A stretch of 64,000 nucleotides of DNA from Eledone cirrhosa (lineage: Eukaryota): contig OZ024743.1 in assembly GCA_964016885.1 (NCBI GenBank), positions 175,522,001 through 175,586,000 on the forward strand. The letters run 5' to 3'. Positions 11,670 to 24,984 of this stretch are shown in pieces. Position 1 is the first letter of the stretch. The number at the start of each line of letters is the position of its first letter. A program made the position numbers and the translations under genes. The notes below the pieces were generated by a model. It was not told the DNA's origin and did not search any database. It was given only the letters and a program-made list of their open reading frames with translations.

Positions 11670-14600
11670 GTAGCGGATCATCTAGGTCGTACCTAGATAG
11701 GTTCTTAGTTAGAATTAAGGATAAGGACTTTTTAAGTTGTCCAAAAATGCGCATGGTTGGCTATTCAGACCACAAATTAGTGACCTGCATGGTCAACCTT
11801 GACAGAACTCATAGACAGGGACCCGGTTACTGGAAGCTCAACTTGTCCTTACCGGAAAGTAAGGCTTACAGGAACCGGATTAGCACTTTAGTTAAGGAAC
11901 GGTTGACGGGCGCCATCGTCAACAGCAGGTGGTGGGGATCTCTCAAAAGAGAGATTAGAGTAGTCTCTATAGAATTTAGTAAGGAGTTAGCCTCAAATAG
12001 AAATAGGAAGGAAAGGGAGTTGGTAGATAGTGTAGAAGAGGCAATTAGAAGCGGCGACGTGGCCAGAGTGCTAGCGTCGAGAACGGCCCTGGGCCAGTTC
12101 TTCGACGCGAAACACGAAGGCTGCATCGTCCGAAGCAAAATACGTGCTCTGGGAAACGAGGGGACCAAAGCTGTTAGCTGGGCCCGCGTGACAGAAGCCA
12201 AAAGAGGGAGCAGATCCACTATCCGGTCTTTGCGAGACCAGGATGGACGGGTGATCCTTGAACCTAAGCAGATGTGCGAGGCTTTTCAAAAGCACTTTGC
12301 CGGATTGTTCGGAAGGGGCGGGGGGGGGGGCGGTTGGGGACGTGGACTTCGGTCCAAACCTCGACGGCCTGCCGCGTCTCTCGGACAGGGAGGCGAAGTC
12401 CTGCGAGGAGCCGATTTCTGCCGCTGAGATAGAGGACGTGCTGAGCCAATGCGGCAAACGCAAATCCCCGGGTCTCGATGGTCTTCCATACGAACTGTAT
12501 CTAGCTATGCCGGACTTGTTCCCCGATCTCCTCGAGGCGGTCTACTGCAACTGGCAACAGAACGGGAGAATTCCCTGTGCTGTGACCAAGGGCGTAGTCA
12601 CGCTAGTGAGGAAGGACGAGAACAAGGGGGACGATATAAATAATTTCAGGCCCATAACTCTGCTAAATACAGAGTTACAGATTTTGGCCAAGGTGCTAGC
12701 AAAGAGGTTGGCGCTTGTCGTGGGCAACCTGGTGGGAGATGCGCAGACATGTGCTATCCCGTCCAGGTCCATCCACGATAACCTCCACCTCATGCGATAC
12801 ATCATAGAGAGGGTTGGGAACGAACCCGGCTTTGGTGGGGCCCTGATCAACTTGGATCAATCTAAGGCATTCGATAGGGTCGACCATGGTTACCTGGATG
12901 CGGTGCTAGCGGCGGCAGGCTTCGGACCCGTTTTCAGGGGCTGGATCAATGCCATGCACAGCAGCCGCATCTGCTCTAGGGTCAAGGTGAACGGCTACCT
13001 CTCGGAGGCGTTCGAAATCGCGCGGTCCATCCGACAGGGGTGCCCTCTCTCCTCCCTTCTGTATGTAATGACTCTAGAGCCACTGCTGCGGAAGTTGGAG
13101 TTGTTGCAGGGCATCCCGTTGGAACCGGGATTGCGGAAAGCGGTGTCAGCCTACGCCGATGACGTAACAGTAATGGTGTCGACGGCCTCGGAAATCGGGG
13201 CGATCGGCACCTTACTGAAGGAGTACGAAAGGTTTACAGGGGCTTAGCTGAACCGGGACAAGTCAATCGGTCTGCAACTCGGCACGTGGAGGGGCAGATC
13301 GATGCCCCCCGATGGCGTCGTCGGGCGCTGGACGGAGGGCCCGGTGAAGTTGCTCGGGGTCTGGTTCGGACCAGACCTCCAGGTGGAGAAGAACTGGGGT
13401 GAGGTGACGAACAGGGTGTTTCCACTGACCCAGAAGTGGGCCGAGTGCAAACTGTCCCTGAAAGGTCGGGCGGAGGTGGCGAACACTTATATAGCGTCCG
13501 TCATCTACTACCGCCTGACCGTCGTGCCTTGCCCAAGGGAAACGCTCGCCAAAATGGAGCGCGGACTCTTCCAATTCCTTTGGAAGAAGCGGGCTCCTAT
13601 GGTGAGGAGATCCATCTGCTGTCAACACCCTTCAAAAGGAGGGCTGGGGATGCCGTGGCTAATGATACGTAAACACGCATTAAGGCTACGGCACCTTCAG
13701 GTATTCCTCTCCGGTCAACCGGTGTGGGCCCCGTTTGTGAGGCGAGCCTTTCCCAGACTCGTCTCACTCACCGAGCTGCAATCCTGGGTCAAGCAAAGAC
13801 CGAGAAAACTGGGCGCCTGGCACACCGAGTGCGCCCAGGCGGTCACGGCTCTCTGGCAGGCGGACCCGGCTGTCAGTGGAGAATCCACCTCGTCATTCTA
13901 TAGAGGGCTGGTGATTATCAGGTGCGACGACGCCCTCGGAGAAGCCCTAGGCATGGAGGAAGACGAACTGGCCAACCTGTTCGGTAGGACATTCAGCCCG
14001 GGACCCATGGATAACTTCCAGAGGTCCCTGGCCTGGCAATGCTACAGAAGGGCTCTGCCCGTTCGAGAAAGGCTCTACAGACACGGGCGCCCGGGTAGGG
14101 ACCCATCGAAAAAGATCTGTCCCAGATGCGTGTGCGACGAGGAAACCGTTGCACACGCATTGGTACACTGCTCGGGCATTGCCGATCTGTGAGGCTATGG
14201 CGAACAACTGCTGTCAAGGGTGGGACCGATCCGGTTGACCACCGAGTCTATTGTAACGATCAAGCCGCCTCTCCTCTTCAAAAACGAAGGAGAGGCGGTG
14301 TTTCAGTGCGTAATAGCCACGGCGAAAGAGGTTGTATGGTGGACGCGTCTGAAAGGACTGAGGTCAGACACCTTTCTCTCTGGCCAACAACTGGTCCGTT
14401 TCTTCCGATATCATTTCGGAAGAAGGATCAGGATGGAGAGAGAGGTGCTGCACCCCAGCCGTTTCTATGAAAGATGGGTGAAAGTGGCGAGAATGGCCCG
14501 TGTGAATGGGCCTTCACTCTACATCAGACTATAGGTGAGGAAGATGAAAGACCAAGGGAGCACCCGTTCTCTGTGCTCCTGAGGGGAAAGGGTGGCACAC

Positions 14601-14797
14601 TTTTTTCGGGGGTGTGTGCGACCCCCCAAGGTGCCTCCTCTCTATTGAGGACTTTGTTATAAATTTTATTTTTGTTATATTTTATTTTATTTTTATATAT
14701 TGTTATTGCCTCCTATTATTGAGGACGCCTTTTTGTGTAAACTCCCTCCTTTGTACTTGTCCCACTTTTGATGCCCTGGTGGCAAATAAAAGAAACA
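11669..14797 (+). mobile_element. Tx1/L1-clade LINE copy 2 (5'-truncated, disrupted ORF2)
   Basis: Same motifs over ORFs 11504-12427, 12258-13247, 13302-14192, 14220-14534; frameshift in G-run, stops at 13245 and 14190; CPRC..ETVAHALVHC knuckle; flanked by (TATC)n. Confidence 0.92.
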
Positions 14798-14878
<81 letters not shown>

Positions 14879-14879
<1 letters not shown>

Positions 14880-16533
14880 GGCGAAGTCCTGCGAGGAGCC
14901 GATTTCGGCCGCTGAGATAGAGGACGTGCTGAGCCAATGCGGCAAACGCAAATCCCCGGGTCTCGATGGTCTTCCTTACAAATTATATCTAGCTATGCCG
15001 GACTTGTTCCCCGATCTCCTCGAGGCGGTCTACTGCAACTGGCAACAGAACGGGAGAATTCCCTGTACTGTGACCAAGGGCGTAGTCACGCTAGTGAGGA
15101 AGGACGAGAACAAGGGGGACGATATAAATAATTTCAGGCCCATAACTCTGCTAAATACAGAGTTACAGATTTTGGCCAAGGTGCTAGCAAAGAGGTTGGC
15201 GCTTGTCGTGGGCAACCTGGTGAGAGATGCGCAGACATGCGCTATCCCATCCAGGTCCATCCATGACAACCTCCACCTCATGCGATACATCATAGAGAGG
15301 GTTAGGAACGAACCCGGCTTTGGTGGGGCCCTGATCAACTTGGATCAATCTAAGGCGTTCGATAGGGTCGACCATGGTTACCTGGATGCGGTGCTAGCGG
15401 CGGCAGGCTTCGGACCCGTTTTCAGGGGCTGGATCACTGCTATGCACAGTAGCCGCATCTGCACTAGGGTCAAGGTGAACGGCTACCTCTCGGAGCCGTT
15501 CAAAATCGCGCGGTCCATCCGACAAGGGTGCCCTCTCTGCTCCCTTCTGTATGTGTTGACTCTCGAGCCACTACTGCGGAAGTTGGAGTTGTTGCAGGGC
15601 ATCCCTTTGGAACCGGGATTGCGGAAAGCGGTGTCGGCCTACGCCGATGACGTGACAGTAATGGTGTCGACGGCCTCCGAAATCGAGGCGGTCGGCACCT
15701 TACTGGAGGAGTACGAAAAGTTCACAGGGGCTAAGCTGAACCGGGACAAGTCGATCGGTTTGCAACTCGGCACGTGGAGGGGCAGACTGATGCCCTCCGA
15801 TGGCGTCGTCGGACGCTGGACGGAGGGCCCGGTGAAGTTGCTCGGGGTCTGGTTCGGACCGGACCTCCAGGTGGAGAAAAACTGGGCGGAGGTTACGAAC
15901 AGGTTCTTTGCACTGACCCAGCAGTGGGCCGGTTGCAAACTATCCCTGAAATGTCGGGCGGAGGTGGCGAACACCTACATAGCGTCCGTCATCTACTACC
16001 GCCTGACCGTAGTGCCCTGCCCAAGGGAAACCCTCACCAAGATGGAGCGCGCGCTCTTCCAATTCCTTTGGAAGAGGCGGGCTCCTATGGTGAGGAGATC
16101 CATCTGCTGTCAACACCCTTCGAAAGGAGGGCTGGGGATGCCGTGGCTAATGATGCGTAAACACGCATTAAGGCTACGGCACCTCTACGTATTCCTCACC
16201 GGACAACCGGTGTGGGCCTCGTTTGTGAGACGAACCTTTCCCAGACTCGTCTCACTCACCGAGCTGCAATCCTGGGTCAAGCAAAGACCGAGAAAACTGG
16301 GCGCCTGGCACACTGAGTGTGCCCAGGCGCTCACCGCCCTCTGGCAGGCGGACCCGGTTATCAGTGGAGACTCCACCGCAACATTCTATAGAGGGCTGGT
16401 ACGCAGCAGGTGCGACGACGCCCTCGGAGAAGCCCTAGACATGGAGGAGGACGAACTGGCCAGCCTGTTCGGTAGGACATTCAGCCCGGGACCTATGGAC
16501 AACTTCCAGAAGTCCCTGGCCTGGCAGTGCTAC
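14879..16533 (+). mobile_element. Tx1/L1-clade LINE copy 3 (truncated at both ends)
   Basis: ORF 14926-16536 holds the RT domain; starts after (TATC)n and stops abruptly at the 522-bp fold-back repeat. Confidence 0.9.
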
Positions 16534-16534
16534 T

Positions 16535-17782
16535 AAATATATCCCCTGAGCAGTGTATAAATTAATATGTATGTGATGAAACACAGATACCAACACATCT
16601 GTATATATATTGCGAAAGAAAAATTTAGCCAGATTGAAGTATACTAATTATTATACTACAGTTTGTCCATATCGATTTAAAATAATAAATCAACGGAGAC
16701 GAACTGTATTGGCAAAAGGCCGTGATGTTTAGACACATTTAAATTTCAAAATCAAACCTGTTCCGTAGATAAGTTTAGACTTTAAGATCCAAATATGTTT
16801 CGAGTTAAATAAGTGTAGGAATATCATGTCCCGCACTCCTCAGTAAACATCCAGAGACAAATTGATATGCTTCACTTCTAAATAATTTAAAAGACTGCGT
16901 GGCGCACATGGCTTTACAGTATCTAACTAGTCTCATAACCGTACTGCTAGAAATAACAGTCGTGTATATGAGGCGGCTTTGCAGCTCAAACTAGGAGCAG
17001 ATTAAAATTAATAAGGTAATGAATTCTTTTACAATGGAATCAGCTCGAATGAGGAAAAATATATCCCCTGAGCAGTGTATAAACAATACAGTTCGTCTCC
17101 GTTGATTTATTATTTTAAATCGATATGGACAAACTGTAGTATAATAATTAGTATACTTCAATCTGGCTAAATTTTTCTTTCGCAATATATATACAGATGT
17201 GTTGGTATCTGTGTTTCATCACATACATATTAATTTATACACTGCTCAGGGGATATATTTCTCCTCATTCGAGCTGATTCCATTGTAAAAGAATTCATTA
17301 CCTTATTAATTTTAATCTGCTCCTAGTTTGAGCTGCAAAGCCGCCTCATATACACGACTGTTATTTCTAGCAGTACGGTTATGAGACTAGTTAGATACTG
17401 TAAAGCCATGTGCGCCACGCAGTCTTTTAAATTATTTAGAAGTGAAGCATTACAATTTGTCTCTGGATGTTTACTGAGGAGTGCGGGACATGATATTCCT
17501 ACACTTATTTAACTCGAAACATATTTGGATCTTAAAGTCTAAACTTATCTACGGAACAGGTTTGATTTTGAAATTTAAATGTGTCTAAACATCACGGCCT
17601 TTTGCCAATACAGTTCGTCTCCGTTGATTTATTATTTTAAATCGATATGGACAAACTGTAGTATAATAATTAGTATACTTCAATCTGGCTAAATTTTTCT
17701 TTCGCAATATATATACAGATGTGTTGGTATCTGTGTTTCATCACATACATATTAATTTATACACTGCTCAGGGGATATATTT
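16535..17782. repeat. ~522-bp non-coding unit in tandem plus inverted arrangement (non-autonomous PLE/retrozyme-like)
   Basis: 16535-17083 is ~1.05 units; from 17084 the reverse complement runs ~1.33 units (caatacagttcgtctcc at 17084 and 17606). Related fragment at ~30460-30535. Confidence 0.85.
17469..17544 (+). ncRNA. Putative type I hammerhead in the 522-bp unit
   Basis: gttta-CTGAGGA-gtgcggga/ttcctacac..c-GAAAC..GTC-taaac; atypical stem II junction and large loop 3; mirror copy 16773-16848(-). Confidence 0.55.
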
Positions 17783-18618
17783 TTAAAAATTATGACCTGA
17801 AATTAGAAGTAGAAAATAACAATAAAATGGTTAATTTTTTAGATGTAACCCTTAATTTAAACTCTGGCCTGTATTACCCCTTTCATAAACTCAATGAAAA
17901 CTTAAATTATGTTAGCTTTTACTCTAATCACCCTAAAGTGTTAAAAATGCAATAGTCAATAGTGTCCAACAACGAATATCCAGACTATCTACTAATAGAT
18001 CCATTTTTAATAGTAAAGCTGGATATTATAATGAAGCGTTACATTAAGCAGGATATAAAAATAATATTGAATATGTAGAAAAAAATAATATTAATTATAT
18101 ATAATAATAAAAATAAAACTGACTGTAAAAATAACAACTTGAGGAATAAATCGGGGAAAAAAATTAGGACTAGATCTATAATTTGGTATGCTCCGCCAGC
18201 ATCTTTAGCTATTAAAACACCTTTAGTACATTTATTTTTTAAAGCCTTGGATAAATGTTTCCCTAGATCACATAAGTATTACTCTAACTTCAATATTCAC
18301 ACAGTTAAACTCTCTTATTCAACAACTATGAATATTGCTCAAAATATTGCAAAAATTAATAGTAACATTTTTAATTTGAACCAGCATATAATTAGCGATA
18401 ATAACAATAATAATAATACATTAGTTAATGTGAATAACAATAACAATAGTTTAAATACGAATAATAGTAGAACACCTAGAAATAATAATGATAATACGAA
18501 TAGTTTATGTTATAGAAATACATCGAATTGTAACTGTTGAAGGAAATCTGAATGCCCTTTACAAAATAATTGCCTTGACAATAATACAGTATATAAATGT
18601 ACCATTAAAACAAATAAT

Positions 18619-18811
18619 TGTTTCTACTTTTGGCACAAGGCCAGCAATTACCCAGTGTGTTACTGGTACTTTATTTTATCGACCCCATAATGATGAAAGG
18701 CAAAGTTAACCTCGGCGGGATTTGAACTCAGAATGGCAAGGGCCGTAACTCTATGCGTCAAAGCATGACGTCCGGTCCCTACCGATACTGCCAATCCACC
18801 GCCCAATTACG
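18619..18811 (-). mobile_element. tRNA-derived SINE with Nin-like central domain, inserted in GIY-YIG coding region
   Basis: ctggtactttattttatcgacccc..gatgaaaggcaaagttaacctcggcgggatttgaactc (reverse complement of B-box plus Nin domain); acaaataat on both sides (possible TSD). Confidence 0.8.
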
Positions 18812-19197
18812 ACAAATAATAATAATACTTATAACTACATTGGTGCCACTTCATCGAACTTTAAGTTTCGCTTTTCCAATCATAAAAATTCGTTCTCTAA
18901 TCTAGATAAACAAATTTCTACATCATTATCACAATTAATATGGTCTTTAAAAGAGAAAAATATTAAATACTCAATTTCTTGGAGTAAACTAAAGAATTCT
19001 GATTCCTATCGCAACGCTTCCATTTCACCAAATTGCAATCTTTGCAATTTAGAGACTCTATTAATAATTACAAATTATGGTAATTTAATTAATAAGAAAA
19101 AAATAATTATTCGGAAGTTGTCTACATAAGTCTGGAAGAACCTTTCAAGCATTATACAATTTTCGAAAAAAATATTGACCATTAATAATTCTTGAAA

Positions 19198-19268
<71 letters not shown>

Positions 19269-20362
19269 CCTTAAAAATTGTATATCGTTTTTATATAGTA
19301 AATTAATCTCATGACGAGACTCGGTATCCTAAGTTTGGATTTGGAATGGTCATTGTGTAACTAGAAATTTCTAAATTTGCAGTGTGAAATATCTTTTGGC
19401 TTTCAAAGTACTTAAATATCTTAAATGTTCACATATGTTGAACGAGTTATCTTCCTTTGTTTACATTCTTCGTAAATAATTTTGTTCTGTCCAAATGAAT
19501 TGTTAATGTATATTTAACATGATTTATACAGTTTAATAATATACGAAAAATCCTTAAAGGGAAACTATATATAATAAGATGTAATTACGGAATTAAAATC
19601 GAAATAATAATACTTTTATGAGTAAATATAATTACTAATTAATCCTGTAATGAAATGACAACCAATGAACTGAAATGATTTTATAATGAAAATAGAATAA
19701 TTCAGATAATAATTCTTAACATTATATAAAATATATATACTGATGGTAATATATGCATAGGTTTTAGTAAATATCCTTATACATATTTAATAGGTATTTA
19801 AACTTGCTTTAAAGAAAAAAATGTTTTTGAATATTGTAAAAAAATATTTAGTAAATATATTAATTAAACTATGCTTCTGATTACTATAGAAAATATTTTT
19901 ATATTGTTTAATTTTGATATAATATATTAGTATAATTAGCTTAAACATAACCAAATACAAAAGGTATTAAAAAATTTCATGGTATTTAATTGGTCGCTTC
20001 TATTTGACTTAATATTTGAAAGCAACGGCCACACATCATTACCCTTTCTTGCCGTTACGTCTTTCTTCTTCTCACTTCTATCTCTTTCTCTCTCTTTCTC
20101 TCTCTTCCTTTTTCTTCCCTAACATGTATATTTACGCATTTAAATATTTATGTATGTATTTATTTACTTTCTTCTTGCATTTCCTCATACTCACCTCCTC
20201 CTTATAACTATATCTCGCTCCACATCCTCTTCTTCATTAAATTTAAGTTTATCATGTTATTATTTGTGGTATATAAATGTTGAGATTTGTTGTAATAAAT
20301 CACTGCCAAAACTGGAATTGAACCATCAAGATCGTTGAAGTATGTCATACATCAATTCATGT

Positions 20363-20425
20363 ATTTTATCTGACGAGGACGTACTGAAAAAACAGCACAG
20401 TTCCTTCGAAATATATATAATAAAA
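20363..20425 (+). ncRNA. Minimal type I hammerhead ribozyme
   Basis: ttttat-CTGACGA-gga..ttc-GAAA-t-ATAT-a-TA-ataaaa; same stem I/III design as 5988 with a different stem II. Confidence 0.7.
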
Positions 20426-20458
20426 CATATTTTGATTATGTCATTTATTAATATTCTG

Positions 20459-20517
<59 letters not shown>

Positions 20518-20686
20518 GTGAGGAAAGCCACAGATGTGAGAAAAACCACAGACCCTCCATCTCAACTCTACTTTTGAAAAGCAGAAGAACTGCGAAACCG
20601 GTAAAGGAACCAAATAAATATATATATTTTTAAAAATAAGACTCCAGTTGCATTTTCGATTTCATCTTTTTTTCTTTATATATATA

Positions 20687-20783
<97 letters not shown>

Positions 20784-21224
20784 TATTTTATAAATATACA
20801 CACACACACATATATAAAATAATATATATATATATATATATATATACGTATACAATGTATACATATATACACTTGTATGTATTCGTTTTTGCGTGTTTGT
20901 GAGTGTGTGAATGTATGTGTATGAGTATGTGTGTATCGTTGCACTCGGTTAACAGTTTTCTTTCCTTCATCTAACATTGTATTTTTTTCTATATTTGTCT
21001 AAACGAATAAATGTTTGAGGTTAGCGAAAACTAAACATTACACTAGTAAACTGCACGTGTGGCCATCTCTTTAGTTCAAATTCACACACTTACATATCGA
21101 ACACGCATATACGCACATGCACATACAGTCACGATCACACATACACACATAGTATCTGTGAACTGGAAGAGAGCCTATACTAAGGCAACCACATCATTAT
21201 TCTCAATTGTCAGATCAAACGAAC

Positions 21225-21235
21225 CACACACACAG

Positions 21236-21276
<41 letters not shown>

Positions 21277-21318
21277 CACGGACAATCATATGTATATATA
21301 GACGCAGGCGCATACACT

Positions 21319-21358
<40 letters not shown>

Positions 21359-21415
21359 CACGGACAATCATATGTATATATAGACGCAGGCGCATACACT
21401 CACATACACACACAC
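21225..21415 (+). repeat. 72-bp tandem duplication between microsatellites
   Basis: cacggacaatcatatgtatatatagacgcaggcgcatacactcaca occurs twice, 72 bp apart. Confidence 0.85.
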
Positions 21416-21529
21416 ATATATATACATTTATATATATATATATATGCATTTATATATATATGAAAATTAAAATTAGAATTTTATTTCTCGCCCTACCACA
21501 GCTGATACATAAATGTAATTCTGCACACG

Positions 21530-21567
<38 letters not shown>

Positions 21568-22247
21568 CATACACACACATATATACATATACATATGTAG
21601 GTATGGCTTATATCAAACACTAATAATAATGTTCGTTATATATATATATATATATATAGGCATACGTCAAGACGGTCGGTCTCAAGAGTGAAACTAATTT
21701 TTGACAGTTACGTAAGTGATTCCTTTCACACACAATGTCATTATTTAAATTATTTAAATGTATGTGGTTGCGCGTATGTGTATGTTTATACGCGTGCGTC
21801 CTTTCATCCTTGTATGTGTATATATTTCAATTCTTAGTCCCTGAGTCTGTATGTACGCTAACTCTATTATCTTAGATTTCTTTTTTCAACATATATTATA
21901 TACGTATTTGTGGTCACACATACACTGATATGCTTGCCCTCATGTATGTACTCACGCACACATTTTTTCACTATACACATGCATTTGTACATACACACAT
22001 ATGTACATTTGTAGGTGCATATACACACATTTATACACATACCCTTACTATATTTCCTTATTTTATTTTTATATATCTCTTGCATTACTTTTATTTATAT
22101 TTTTTTTTTTCAGTTAAACTTTTGCCTTTCTTGAGATCTTTCAAATATTTCACTATGTTTTAAATTGCCTTGTCTGACGAACGAATGCGGACGTTTCTTG
22201 TATTCGTCTTATTCAGGAAACCTCTGGTATTGTTTATTATACATTAT

Positions 22248-22307
<60 letters not shown>

Positions 22308-22509
22308 TACTTATATATATCTTTCTCTCTATATATACATATATATATTTATATAGAGTTTATAAGGACACAAGTAAGTCCCTGTTTAATCTAGCCCAGG
22401 TTGCTGTAGTTGCGTCATTTCACGTTATATGTTCAAACCCCCAAATCACACCGGGGTCGATGTTGTTTTTAATACTTGTAAGAAAGATAAATGTAGTACC
22501 AGTAATATA

Positions 22510-22726
22510 ATGCTTTCTAGTATAGGCACAAGACCAGTAATTTGGGCGGAAGGGAAAGTCGATTAAATCGACCCCTGAACGTTACTATTACTTTATTTTA
22601 TCGACCCCATAAGGATGAAAGGCAAAGTTAACCTCGGCGGGATTTGAACTCAGCCCGTAAAGGGCCGTAACTCCATGGTGTAAAATGGTGTCCGACGCTC
22701 TACCGATACTGCCAATCCACCGCCCT
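22510..22726 (-). mobile_element. Nin-domain tRNA-SINE
   Basis: Same core as 18619-18811. Confidence 0.8.
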
Positions 22727-23102
22727 ATGCCAATCCTATCAGTAATATAATGAGATAGAAGTGATAAAATCTAGCCTCGGACAACATCTTTTGTGCCGTG
22801 CCAATGTTAGAAAGAAATATATTTCCCCCCATGTATGCCACTTGTGAACTCAATAGTTTGTTTCAGTCATCTATGATCTTTACTTCACACCCCCATCCCG
22901 CTGAAATTTTCCTTTTCCTATCGTGTTTTAGTACAATTCTCTCTTTCTATCACCCTTTCTAGATGTGACCAGGGCCTATGCCAACCCTCGTAACGATAAA
23001 CTATAGAAGTTGCTTGTCTTTATCTCTGAATGTTATCTGATGAACTTGGGCCGATGGTTACGTGGTGATCTCATCACCTAATCATCTACCCCAGATAAAT
23101 AT

Positions 23103-23150
<48 letters not shown>

Positions 23151-23180
23151 TAGATATTAGCGAAGGTCATATTATTCAGC

Positions 23181-23225
<45 letters not shown>

Positions 23226-23378
23226 GACACACTAGAAGGGGAAGACCAAGGTTAACGTATGTTGATGCCCTAAGGACAGACACTGGTCTGTTGGAGATGC
23301 AGGACATGGCAGCGATAATGAGGGACAGAGACCGCTGGAGAGAACTCGTCCATGGATCTCAGGAATTTTACCCGCCTT

Positions 23379-23454
<76 letters not shown>

Positions 23455-23577
23455 TAGATATATCGTAATGAAATACACACACATATACATAGGTATACGC
23501 ATTTTTAATTTGATGTATGTGTGTGTGTGTGTGTGGATATATATATGTGTAAATATATATATACACGCACATAAACT

Positions 23578-23930
23578 TAGGCCTGTGGCCTAGTGGTTAC
23601 AGCGTTGGACTCGCTATCACGGGGTCGTGGGTTGTGCCCTTGAACGAAACCCTTCATTTCATGCTGCTCCATCAACTATGTTAAAAAAACAACAATTGTT
23701 ACCAGTTGCAGCTGTGGTTTAATTCCTGCTTCAAACATGTTGGCGTGGTGGGACTGCGTTTCCTATTATTAAAACACTTGAGAAACCTCATATGAAATGT
23801 ATTGAATATACGAGGCATATATTAGATAATGTAGTCATGGATACTTTTAAAAAGGTGACTGGCCACGACTAGATTACACGTTCATTGACTGATCATTCAG
23901 GGCTGATATGAAGTTGAACTACAACAAGAA
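23578..23930 (+). mobile_element. Old tRNA-derived SINE (different family)
   Basis: A-box-like tggcctagtggtta, then gttgtgcccttgaac..; degenerate, boundaries approximate. Confidence 0.45.
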
Positions 23931-24327
23931 CCAAAGTTTTGCTTTCGTTTCACGGCGTGACGTTGATGTGAGGTGACCTTTACTCTAAAAAGGACACCCC
24001 GTTTTCCCCAAGACTGCCAAGACAATTGAACCTCATTAGATTAAATCTAATCATGATGTTGTTTTTGATATTGCTGTCTATTACCAAGGCAAGTACTGAG
24101 CGAGCATATCTATAAATAGAAGCATTATTGTTAAAATTTCCCGTCTTCCATTCTGTGATTCGTGTCACTTTCCTGTAGGATGTGGATTGAAGGATATTTG
24201 GCTGCTATTTATAGGAAGCCGAGCGATCCTGCAGATGTAAATTCGTTGGGGCATCTATCATTGATGTATTCTAGTGGTATTTTCTGATGGAGTCGTAGCA
24301 GTGCCCTTAGATATATATATATATAAA

Positions 24328-24474
24328 CATTGATCTATTATGGCTATTGGTGAGCTGTGTTACTCTAAAGTTTCACCTGCGCACTTACAGGATCACCATT
24401 CATGTCTGATGATCCTGTAAGTACTCAGGTGAAACTCCAGAGTAACAACACTCATCATTTAGCCATAATCAATG
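24328..24474. repeat. Imperfect inverted repeat carrying a hammerhead-like motif (24403-24447, +)
   Basis: tgt-CTGATGA-tcctg/caggt-GAAA-ctc ca gag-TA-aca, preceded by a diverged inverted copy. Confidence 0.6.
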
Positions 24475-24726
24475 AATATTTAAATTCTACTTCGGTATTG
24501 AGTTTTCATTCTTACATCCGTCAATAACTCACGTACTCTCAAGGCTAATTATTTTACATTAAAAAAACATTATATACGACGAAAAAAAAGACCGTTACAA
24601 GAAATCCCATATTTACGAACGTAAACTATACAATCACCGATTTCCCAAGCCCTACCCTCTATCCCCCCCTCCTATTATTTGGGACCCTCTCTATGTCTAC
24701 TACACAGCACTTTCCCATTATAGTTT

Positions 24727-24982
24727 CTCTATCAGCCTGTAGGTGAGAGAGGAGAAGAATGAGAAGAGGAAGGAAGCACCCGCTCTTTGTGCTCCTGAAG
24801 AGGAGGGTTGCACATTTTTTCGGGGCTGTGTGCGACCCATGTCAACGCCCCTCCCTATTGAGGACATGGAGTGTTAAATTTAATTTGTTATATGTTTTAT
24901 ACACGTTTTTTTAAATGTATGTAAACTCCCCCCTTTGTATTTGTCCCAATCTTTGATGCCCTGGTGGCAAATAAATAGAAAT
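24727..24982 (+). mobile_element. 3' UTR fragment of the Tx1-like LINE
   Basis: Matches the ends of copies 1, 2 and 4 (taggtgag..gttgcacatttttt..gatgccctggtggcaaataaa). Confidence 0.85.
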
Positions 24983-24984
24983 AT

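Larger units (their letters stand above)
17783..20460 (+). mobile_element. Second Naiad-type PLE, 3' part (RT thumb, Cys linker, GIY-YIG, long 3' UTR)
   Basis: VNFLDVTLNL..SNHP, RSIIWYAPP..VKLSYST, CNC*RKSECPLQNNC (CxCx5Cx5C), VYKC..YIGATSSNFKFRFSNH; multiple stops; SINE inserted near 18619; hammerhead at 20363. Confidence 0.8.

Noticed and set aside
9119-16376. Many short antisense and alternate-frame ORFs over the LINE copies
   Set aside because: Shadows of GC-rich ORF2; they recur only because the element is repeated.
18538-18540. In-frame TGA in the Cys linker as selenocysteine (some Naiads encode selenoproteins)
   Set aside because: It follows CNC at a non-Cys position (Arg in the other copy), all four Cys are present, and the copy has other stops. 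The TGA at ~4266 aligns with Trp.
22168-22235. CTGACGA..GAAAC..GTA hammerhead-like motif
   Set aside because: No stem I complementarity and stem II does not close next to GAAA; at most a relic.
23980-24168. 62-aa minus-strand ORF in non-repetitive sequence
   Set aside because: No recognisable motifs or convincing splice pair; adjoins a SINE-like tail.
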